Assembly (NCBI GenBank): GCA_032718475.1
Contig: JAUCBJ010003019.1
Location: 1-44,261, forward strand
Reading direction: 5' to 3'
Length of the DNA stretch: 44,261 nucleotides
Origin: Nemertoderma westbladi
Lineage: Eukaryota > Animalia > Xenacoelomorpha
In this document: piece by piece, positions 23,285 to 33,517 of the stretch
Numbering within the stretch: the stretch's first letter is position 1
How the letters are laid out: every line of letters begins with the position of its first letter
The notes under the pieces: model-generated
The model's database searches: none
Told to the model about the DNA's origin: nothing
What the model saw: only the letters and a program-made list of their open reading frames with translations
Made by a program: the position numbers and the translations under genes

Positions 23285-26200
23285 TTAAATAATTATTTTA
23301 TATTTTGTGCATGGGAAGGGCGTCTCGCCCTCATTCCCACCCCCTTCAGTCCAAAACTTTGGACGACTAAAAACTCTCACGTGCCCCTTCTTCCAGTAGG
23401 CACTCTCCTGCTGCCCTCCTATACGTCCTCTAACTCTTCGCCACACTCTCTTCGGTGCCACCTTTGCTGGCCTCCCCCTTCGTATGTGTGCTGGCATTAG
23501 AGCCCTCGACGACCCCCGCTCGTCCCTCGGTATACGCGGTGTCTGCCCATGTAATGCCCCCCCGCACTGTGTCAGCCCTGCGTGTGTATGCAACACGCCT
23601 CCTTCTACTTTCCCGACTCCCTTATGTTTGCTAATGGGCTTCTCTGCCCCTGGTTTAGTCCTTTGATATCCTCTCCCTTTCCAACACTCTCCGGATCTGT
23701 GTCCTTTTACCACACATCGATGACATAGTCCGTTTGCGTCTGTGTAGGCTACACGATCTCGTTTGGGCAACGCTTGCCAGTACTTGCAACTCCTGGTCTT
23801 ATGGGTTCCGTCCCGATGTAATTGAAATTGGAATCCTGGATTATAGCGTTTCCTGTATAGTCCTTCACGTATCGCGCTTAGGTTTATATGTACCGATCTA
23901 ATGTTTTGGTTGTCTAGACTCGGCCTACTGGGTATATTGGGATTGTGTTTATTTTTGGTGTTATTTTCTTTCTGTCCCTACCACGGTGTGGCCCTGCTCC
24001 CAGCTAACTGTGGACTGGTAGTCCCCTGTATGGCCGCGTGTGGTGGTGACTGTCCGCACGACCTGCTCTCGTCCAGGGAGTTCGATATTCTTGCTCCTAT
24101 CGGGGTATATTGTCGATATTGTGATGGGGGAATGTCACCCTGTCCCCCCCCAGCCGGTATGTTTGGTACTGGGGTTGATGTTAATACATTGGGGCCCATA
24201 CGTCTATCTCCAATAACTCCCCCCTCCCCTGGATATATGTTATGTCCCTGTGTATTATAGTCATGCTGCTGTACCGATATAGGCCTACCTACCTCTCGCC
24301 TACCTACCTGTATGTACTCCGCGACTTCCGGGTTTAATCCCGTCGTTCGCGCTACCCCATCGCCTACTCTATCTCTCCCAGCATGGCCTATAATAGTATG
24401 TGCAGTAAGGCCTACAGTATGTCCTGCAGTCTGCATGTGCCCTTCCGAACCGAAGTTTATTCTTCGCGAATCTCGAATCTCCCCGCGACTACTGCACTCT
24501 CGATCGGCAGCTATATCCCGTCGGGAAGCTTCTCTCCGATCCCCTCTCCTGTTCTCGACTCTGTATTGGTACGTCTTGTACCCCTCTCTTGGCGTGCGGT
24601 GCGTTTCTCCGGGGCGACGGCAATCTCCCGAAGTTCGACCCCACTGGCTCCCTGACTCCATCCCTACTGTCGACGGTCCGCTATCCGTCCTCACACTCCT
24701 ATCGTTCGTGGCGACACCTTTTCTACTATCTCCCTTTCTTCTCTTTTCAGTGCAGTATTCCGGCTCATGAGATCTCTCGTCGACCTCCCGGTTAAACTCC
24801 ACTGTTCTTCTTCCCTCTTCTGATCGGGCTCGACGCTTCGTCTGCCCTCTCGCGACGTCAACCTGCCTCTCTCTGCTCGATCGCACGCCGCTGGGGACAC
24901 TCGCAATCCCCCTATTACTCTCCGTCGCCGGGTGTTGCGGTTTACCTGATTCGGCCCGCGCATTATCCGCTGACGGCTGTGGGACACTCTCTGCCCCCCC
25001 TCTCTCTCTACTAACTTCTCGCGGTGGGGTGTCCGTAGCCCCCCCCCCCCCCCACCCGCCACTTCTAACTTCACTATCTCTTACTACACTTCTGCGTCCC
25101 TCTTGTGGGGCATTCTCTGCCCCCCCTCTCTCGCCACTAATCTTATGTGGTGGGGCGCCCGTAGCCCCCCCCCCACCCGCCACATCTAACTTCAATATCT
25201 CTTACTTTGTCTCTACACCCCTCTCTAGTCGACGCACTGTCTCTACTACGGCTGGGTCTATTCACCCCCCCTCTCTCTCTACTACTGCGTGGCCCATCAG
25301 GCCTACTTCGGGTTGGCTCAACCCCGCTACCTCCTGCCTACTAACTGCGTGGCCTACCAGGCCGCCGCCTGCCGTGTTATGTACGTCCGACACGCTCATA
25401 TTAATAGCACCATTCCCAATATTATTTGTTAAATCAATTAAATTGTTAGAATTTGAAACGAGATTTAAATTATTTAAATTAGAATTATTACTATTTTCAA
25501 AATTTAAATTATTATTCGAATTATTTGAATTATTCTGAATATTTGAATTAATGTTATTATTTGAATTTAAATTTAAATAATTACTACCAGGTAAAATATT
25601 ATTTGCTGCAATAAAGGGATTAGGGTTATTTACTACGGTACTATTAATATTATCTACTTCTAACGTACTATTATTACCCCCCCCCCCCCCCCGCCCGTAC
25701 GGCTACACCAGTTCTGGTTTTCTCGCTCGGTGCTTATAACTGGGGTCTCACTCTCTGATAGTTCCAACCGCGCCAGTTCTAGTCGGCGCTGGTCTAGTTT
25801 GGCTTGATATTGCGCAAGCCCCCTTAGCTGGGCACGCAAATCATCCCGCTCACGCTCTGCCTCTATCTCTCTCTCTATGCACTCTCGTAAACTTTGCTCG
25901 GCCAACTCGGTATCTCTCGCAACCATCTCAAGCCACGTCGCCGGCTCGTCCCCTACTCTCATCTCCCGCTCTCTACACTCCTTGACTCTCTCTCTATCCT
26001 CCATTGCCCACTCTCTTTCTCTCTCCAACCATGCGGTTTCCTCTCTCAATCGTCTCTCTAACTCATTCTGCTCTGTCGCCACCATCGCTAATTCATACGT
26101 CAGATTTATTTTCAGCACCCTTCTTTCTTTCGCGGAGGATGTAGCAGACTTATTGGTTGCGACGGACTCCCGCCGCCCCTCCGTCCTATCAACTTTCCCC

Positions 26201-26952
26201 CGCCTCCCGGAACTTCCTCCGACCGACGAGACCGAATCCTCGGAGTTAACCTCGGATTCGCCCTCCTCAGGTCTCTTCCAACCCACTAATTTTACTCCCC
26301 GGGCATCGACTAAGTATGGCCCTACGTACACTACGCTAGGTTCCATACCCCCACATTCCCATAGTTTAATCAGTTCGTTGGCAACCCCTCTCGCTCTCTC
26401 CTCGGCCAGTTCTCTCTGCCCAGAACACACTAGGTGATCAAAGTATCTGTTCGACTCACCTAGTCCCTTTGTCATCCTGACCTCGTCTATCCTCGCCCCC
26501 TCCTTGGCCTCCTTTAGTAGTTCCCGGGTCGCGTTGTAGGCCCGTCGAAGTCGATCAGAAACCCCGACGTCCTCGTCGCCGACCTCTCGTCTGTCTCTCC
26601 GGGTCCGACGTCGTACCGACGGCCCCACCGTCGCCGTTCCGGTGGACCGTTCGTCGTCCTCGGCCTGTGGCTGGCCGGCGACATCGGTATGTCGACCCTC
26701 GCTCCGCGTCGACTCGTCTTTCTCTTCTCCTCCCTTCTCATCTCCTTCCCTCGACTCGCTCTCCGATTGTAGACGACCCCCCACATCTTGGTTCGCCGGG
26801 TTGCTCGTTGTCGACGTGGCGTCAACCTGCGTCGACGTGGTCGGCGTAGCATCGACCGGCGTCGTGGGTTCGTATTGTCTCGCCATGGCCTCGCGGATCG
26901 TTAGATCGTCGTCCGGGGTCCGCGGCGGTGTCGTTCCTCTCTCTCGACTCAT
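23285..26952 (-). pseudogene. Gag-like ORF of C (~1220 codons when joined): coiled coil, Asn-rich tract, disordered region, BEL-type Zn knuckles; two frameshifts at G-runs and one in-frame TAG
   Basis: ATG 26952 reads MSRERG. Frames switch at G-runs near 25685 and 25170. TAG 23978-23980 is in frame with FQLHRDGTHKTRSC...LCHRCVVKGHRSGEC. Confidence 0.75.
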
Positions 26953-27059
26953 CGTCGTCTTTGGTGGCTGGCAGCCACGTTGATAACAATCTATCACTGT
27001 CAGACTGTTAGGGCAGCTGCTAGGATTCTATCTCTGTCAGGGCAGCTGGGCGGATCTAG

Positions 27060-27068
27060 TTCTGTCAC
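27060..27068 (-). promoter_or_regulatory. Non-tRNA primer-binding site of C (GTGACAGAA), complementary to LTR 27246-27254
   Basis: Directly abuts the LTR end, no TGG. Perfect 9-nt complement plus four further helices with the predicted 5' leader. Confidence 0.62.
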
Positions 27069-27599
27069 TGTGACGGGATCTACGGATCCCGGTTTATCCG
27101 TTGGGTTTTCTATCCACGCGTCCCCGCCGTGTGTGAAAGGTAAAAGAGTTCTGATGTTGGGTAATATGTATAAAGGTATAATAGTCTGATAGTTGATATA
27201 GTATAGTATGTCACAACAGGTAATATATAATGGCGGTAGCGGACGGTGACAGAAGTCCCCGTTCCACCCTACTGATCTGACTGAGTAAACTGAATGACAT
27301 GATTACAGGTTACTGGTTATATTGCACGGTGGCCTTATTGCTACTCAATCGATGCCTTTCCCCCCTCTGATTGGTTGATACCCCTGTTGGCACCCCGTGG
27401 AGTGTTCCCGTTCACTCCTCCTGTTCTCTCTGGGTTAGGGGTTTGGCCCCTGACCCCTTATTGTGTGTGTCTCCTTTGGGGCCTATTGTCCCCGTTTACT
27501 GGGCTGACACGAGGTTGATTGGTAATCAACCTCGTGCTCCCAATATTGCTTTATGGCTCACTCTATGGGTTTGTGTTAGCGGAATTGGATAAGCTAACA
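27069..27599 (-). repeat. 5' LTR of element C with CCAAT, TATA-like (27321) and Inr-like TCAGTT (predicted TSS ~27291)
   Basis: Near-identical to 20659-21189. TATAAC to Inr A spacing is 30 nt on the minus strand. Confidence 0.93.
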
Positions 27600-27604
27600 G
27601 TAAT

Positions 27605-29786
27605 GTAACAGAACAGATCGACTATCCACTGGAAAAAACTGTCTATTGGACCGATGCTTTACTCGTGTTGGAGTATATAACCAATGAAGTCTGTAAGTTC
27701 AGCGTCTTCGTTACTAACAGAGTAGCCATTATACTTAGTCGCACGAAGATAGATCAATGGAGACATTGCCCCGGGACGATTAATCCAGCCGACATCGCCT
27801 CCAGGGGAGCAACTCCGCAAGAACTGATAGATACTCCAGACTGGTTAAGTGGACCCGACTTTCTAAGCAAAGAAGAAGATGAATGGCCTCCTCATCTTAC
27901 CACGGCTGAGATTAGACAAGCCAAGGGAGCGGAGAAAGTCAAACCTAAAACCCGGGCGAGTAAATCGAAGTTATTTAAACCCACGATAGATCTGTCTGTA
28001 CTACACGTTTCCAGAGACGATGCTTTGGATCCACAATCCCTCGCCACAAATAAGTCTGTTGTGGAAATCAGAGAGAGAGATTGGAAATCTGGAATACCAG
28101 ACGTCTCGCAAGGACTCTCACCTCTCCTGCAGAGAGCGATACATCACTATAGTTCCTGGAATCGGCTCTGTAAGGCCGTTACATATTTAAAGCGATGTTT
28201 TCATCATCACTACTCCAGGACGAAGACCACTAGTGATAATGCTCCACTGCTGCGCTGCGCAGGTCCATGTTGTTAAAGATCTTCCCAAATACAAGATATC
28301 CGACAGGTTTCTGAAGGAGAAGATCAGTTACCAGGAGCATGAAGAAACCAATAAGCAGATACTGAGACTCCTGCAATGCTATGAGGATTCCAATAAGTAT
28401 TTCCTGTTGTTGAGAAATCCACAGATGCGCTTAAGGGATCGTTTCTCTAGCACCATGATAGATGGGTTAATACGTGTTGGAGGAAGATTAACTAGTGCTC
28501 CATTATCCTTTGACACTAAGTTTCCCATACTCATTAGAAGTCTTGAAATACAAATCAAGATGATTGTAGATGTTCACAGTAAGCTTTATCATGCTGGTAG
28601 AGAATGAGTTCTTAGCGAAATTCGAACTCGCTATTATTTTTATAAACCCCATAGAGCTCTGAACCAAGTTCTTAGGAACTGCATACCCTGTAGGAAAGCA
28701 TTCAGTAGGCCTTTAACACAGCGAGAGGTAGAATTACCTAGGGAACGAGTAAGCTTCTATGAACCACCCTTTACTAATACCGGTGTGGATTTGTTTGGCC
28801 CTATTGAAGTATATCGTGCTAGGACTATAGTCAAGAGATGGTGTGTCATCTTTGTTTGTATGACTTGTAGAGCTATCCATCTCGATATGGTGAACGATTT
28901 ATCTACTAACAGCTTCCTATTGAGCTTACGCCGACAGATCGCTCGCTTTGGAACTAGTAACACGATGAGATCTGATAAGGGAACAAACTTCATTGGTGCC
29001 AACAATGAAATCAAGGCTTACGTCAAAGATTGGAACCAAAGACAGGTGGACGATCAGCTAAGGGTAACAGCGTCTAGCTGGACCTTCAACGCCGCCGACG
29101 CCCCTTGGTGGGGAGGAAGTTGGGAGAGATTAATCAGGAGCGTGAAGACCGCATTTCACTTTATAGTGCCGTGCCGCGCGTATCTCACCGACGAACTTTT
29201 GCGGACGTTAATGGAGGAAATCGCCGCCTATCTCAACGAGAGACCTCTTATGCCAGTCTCATCGAGTCCCGATTCCCTGGAAGCGCTAACACCCGCGCAC
29301 TTCCTACTGAAGAAACCTGTAGCCATGCTCCCACGATCGGAAATCACAGACGGAGACGAATACTGCCGGCAAACTTGGCAACTTATGCAGTTGTTATCCC
29401 GTCATTTCGCTGACCATTTCGAAAAACATTATCTGCCCACGCTACAACTTCGAACTAAGTGGTTTGCGCAGCAAGAAAACGTCAGCGCTGGAGACATGGT
29501 CCTTATTGTGGATTCAGATCTTCCACGTAAGCGGTGGCAGACAGGTCGTATCATCGAGACTCATATCTCGGATGATGGTTTGGTGCGATCGGTAGAACTC
29601 GTCGTCATGCGACGTAACTTTAAGAAACCGGGAATTGTCTTCGAGACGCAGCAACTCAATCGCCCAGTTGGTCGTTTATGTTTACTGGAAAGAGACAGAG
29701 AACTCTCCGGAAACTATGGAAGGCAAGATACTCTTCCCACGACCACCTCCCTAATCCAACAAACATCTAGGGACTCCCCAACGTAA
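27605..29786 (+). pseudogene. A RNase H C-terminus and integrase (HHCC, DDE core, BEL C-terminal domain); frameshift near 28250 and stop at 28605
   Basis: YWTD, WRHCPGTINPADIASRG, WLSGPDFL, GLIRVGGRL, HSKLYH...CIPC, GVDLFGP, RAIHLDMV, SDKGTNF, WERL, LNERPL, LTPAHFL. Confidence 0.93.
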
Positions 29787-29791
29787 CAGCG

Positions 29792-29805
29792 TCTGGAGTG
29801 GGTGT
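29792..29805 (+). promoter_or_regulatory. Second PPT-like motif directly after the pol stop
   Basis: TCTGGAGTGGG|TGT resembles the terminal TCTGGGAGCGG|TGT at 35812-35825. Confidence 0.45.
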
Positions 29806-30311
29806 GTGACTATATTATTTTATATTTGCTTTTATTATTTTATACTTATGTATGTATTATTATGTAATTTTATTATAATCGTTTTCTTTAATTTTATTTA
29901 GTAGAATGTTATTTTAGCGATTATTTAGTAGATTAGTGCCATATATATTCGCGTTTATTACTTAATTACTTATATATTATATATTTAGTGCGACGGCGAG
30001 AAATAATTTCTTTTCTCTTTCCTTACTGTCCGTATTACATTATAAATATGTGACTACAGTAAGATGAAATATCCGTACTTATTAAAGTACAATAAAGCTC
30101 CTACTATATTCAAGTATTATTGGTAAGTAGAGTATTAGGAATGCAAAGTTCAGATCCTCGTGTCTCGGCTAAACCAAGCTCTGGGTAGACCTTGGAAACG
30201 ACTTGCCTCTTCTCACTGACATTGCTTCTTGCGATATTGCTCTCATACCGTATATTAAATAATACATATAGTAGCGTGATGTCCCTCTAACAGTAGCGTA
30301 CAATGCAAAAT

Positions 30312-30700
30312 AAATCTGTTAAACCCTTTGACCTTCTGTAATTCTAGTCGATTAAGATATCGCGGCACCCACCGATATACTTGAAAGACAAAATTCTAGA
30401 ATCAGTGGTTAACGTCCCCAGACAAGTTCTGGAATAAACCGGTGCCCATCTTAAATATTAACTATTAATATTTATAAAATCTGTCAAACAAATACAATAG
30501 AGTAAATACTTACAAGTTAACTCTAGAAAATCTATAAATCAAAATCTGTCAAATTTGAGATCCTTTAAAATTCTAGTCGATTAAGATATCGTAGCACTTA
30601 CCGATACTCTTAAAAGGACAAATTTCCTAGAATTCAGGATCCTAGTCCCCAGACATGTTCTGGAATAAAATTGTGTCTATTTAACATTAAATAATAAAAT
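30312..30700 (+). repeat. Diverged ~150-bp direct repeat (period ~230 bp) in the pol-accessory spacer
   Basis: ATTCTAGTCGATTAAGATATCG...GTCCCCAGACA.GTTCTGGAATAAA occurs at ~30341 and ~30570. Confidence 0.8.
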
Positions 30701-31489
30701 TTACGGGAATAAATTCTAATTCATCTCTTTTAATGAATTTGATAAATTGTCATTTTATACAATTTATAACATTCCCAAAATTCCATTAATTAATAGATCA
30801 TGGGAGCGGAGATTCACCCTATTAAGTGTATTAGTGTGCGAGAATCTCCAATATATAGTCAATAGCCGATAAAATTCATAAAATCATGTATAAAGGGGAT
30901 ATTAACAATTAAAGAATTACTATTAAATAGCATCCCAGATCTGTTTGCATGAGAATTACCCTAATTCTACCGCTAGCTTTCCATAATGTCACCATAGCAA
31001 CAACCACGCTAGAATTAGAAGTGAGTTAAAAGAACAATAGGAAGCTTGCCCCATTGAATAGCATAGGGAATAAATAGCACACTGCTAGTATCCAAGGATA
31101 CATAATAATAACGTGGCATTCTGGAAGGCACTGACTAACGGACAAATGGCCCGAATGTGTACAATTTGTGACAGTTGTGTGGAATTTGTGCGTTTATAGG
31201 TGAATGTTACTACTAAAGTGTGTTTACAGTAGCGAGTCGCAATTGTGAAAGTAGCCCTAACTGTGCCGTAAGAACCTGAAGTAAATCTAAGCCTTTGGGA
31301 TGGACAGTGGAGTGACTTGTGCCGGTTATCGTTGTCGTTGTGTAGCTACTACGTTGGTGAAAAACACAGCGACGACGGCACATCGGCGCTGAGGATCTTG
31401 CACTGTCCGGGGGCCGAGAGGGGTAGGCAGCGACGCCCGCTAGCCTAATTATAAACTTATTATAATATTAATAAACTCATATAGCAGAT

Positions 31490-33517
31490 ATGACTGAGTT
31501 GATAGAAGATGATCTTGGTATCAGGGAGCGATATACTCTACCTTTACAAGCGTTTGTTGATAGCTTGATACGCGGCGACGCTAGTCCAACTACTACGGAG
31601 GACGATGGTCGTTATATCGAACCGCCAATGTCCCAGGAGTAACTTACGCGTGAATTGGACTATAGAAAATTCACCGCTCGCTATACGCATCGTAATGGTA
31701 CGTATATGGACTTCTTAACTACTGGCCATCCTATCGATTTACACGATACGGACGACGTAGACACCGAAAGGGAAATGGTTTTATTTAAATATCATACCCA
31801 GCGGAGTCGGAACGATAAACCGAGAATAGAACACGAGAATTCTATTCGGAACCGACTCGAAAGAGAAGACGTTGAAGAGCCGGATAAACGCAGCGACTTC
31901 AACGATTATATGGAATTCCTGAGAGAAACATATCTCAATATTGCCAGTCAACAAAATCTAGAAACTCGATATCCTCAAGGTATACATCATGACCCTATGA
32001 TAGAACTCAAACGGCTCTATTTCACTATGATGTATCTTACCGCCGATCGACCGCTACCTGTCATCCCAGATAGCTTCGAACAGATGGAGGAATATTGTAA
32101 AACTGGAGAACGATCACCCGCGTTTCCCCTGCAGGACGTGCGTCTTTGGTATTACTGCGACGAATGCCCTAGACCCAATCAGCAAACAGAAAGACATAAA
32201 CATCCACGGAGACGTTGCGCTAAACACAGTTTTACACGATATACTTATGGGAGTTTCGAGCGAAACCTGTTTGACATATCACCTACGCTCGCTCGACTCA
32301 AACGATCCTTAAATAAACCAATGATCAGAGTTCCGGAATACTCGGTCAGACCTCCTCATTCCTTAGTGAGACCTCAAATGCTCGATCCTAATAGTATAAC
32401 GGATCCCCCTGAACTGTACTCACTATTTAAAGATCTTGTGTTACCCGAACAATTAATCGGTGGCACTCCAGTAGTGGGCTCGCTAGATATTCGCCCACCC
32501 TACCTAGCCGGATTGGCACGCGGTCATCTAATATCGCCGTTTAACCCGTACAACCGTCCAGGTTTAACCCCGATACAACCCGTTACCGAAGTCGAAGAGA
32601 GCGTTGTACAAAACGCGTTAGACGCTATTCGGCAGAAGATCGGAAAAGGAACTTACGATTGTTTAGAGAAATGCAAATTGCAGCAACAAGTCCAAGCGGT
32701 GAAAGAATTAGCTTTACCCCAGTTCGATAGAGAAATCCAGAACCTCGAGGAAGACATCGAACATGGACGAACCTATTCTCAACAAGAGTTCCTAGACGAG
32801 CGTTTACAACAACAAGCGGAGGAAAATCAGCTCGAGGAGAAAAACATAGAAATGGATGAGAGAGAAGAAGCAGCTTTAGCCCAGCCAGAAGCTCAAATCC
32901 TTATGACGGATCTCTATTCTAAAACCATCATCCATCCTTCGATGGTTCCCCATTTCGGAGACAAACTCTTCGCCACGGCACAGCCTCAACCGGTTGATAT
33001 CAACCTAAGATCTCGAGATCTTATCGCTGACGCTCCCATGTTGCAACATCCGCCAATCGAGGCCGCTCGTGTCGATGGTATACTCGCTGTACCTCCGGAC
33101 AATAGAGCAGATCTTGTCCGTCGTATGGTACACGAAGTTAACATACGCGCTAGACCTTTACTGAACTCGTTTTATGGGATCAAAGATCACCCTTATTATG
33201 TCAATCTAACGCAATATTACATGGTAAAACCGGAAGATCCTACACATAGTCTGAGGTTTCTACCACTAATAAATCCTCTCGATCTTGTCGAACTCGAACA
33301 ACTGCAGAAACATCTGGATCAGTTAGTGAAAGTAAACTCATTTCGAAAACCCTATAATGTTTCCAGAATAGAGAAAGATACAATACCTCCGTATAATCTT
33401 GATGGATTTATCAAAACTCGATTAGTCCACTGGAATCTCGACGTGTTATTCGAGGAAGAAAGAATACAACGATATGGAGAATGTAGAAACATATACTACA
33501 CAGTATTTGAAGTATAG
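31490..33517 (+). CDS. Accessory ORF-X of A, unknown function (~675 codons, one in-frame TAA at 31640), with a CxxC...CxxH motif and Glu/Gln coiled coil
   Basis: ATG 31490 (MTELIEDD) is in frame with the 620-aa track ORF. Contains WYYCDECPRP...RRRCAKH. No family recognised. Confidence 0.7.

Larger units (their letters stand above)
20659..27599 (-). mobile_element. Non-autonomous gag-only LTR element C (6941 bp, BEL/Pao-like), recent insertion with 5-bp TSD GTAAT
   Basis: Two 531-bp direct repeats. GTAAT at 20654-20658 and 27600-27604. A's RNase H frame resumes after the element. PPT on the minus strand. No PR/RT/IN motifs. Confidence 0.93.

Noticed and set aside
30121-30140. TGGTAAGTAGAG as a tRNA-iMet PBS of a separate element
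   Set aside because: The match is imperfect and the upstream segment has no partner LTR in the window. It fits a splice donor equally well.
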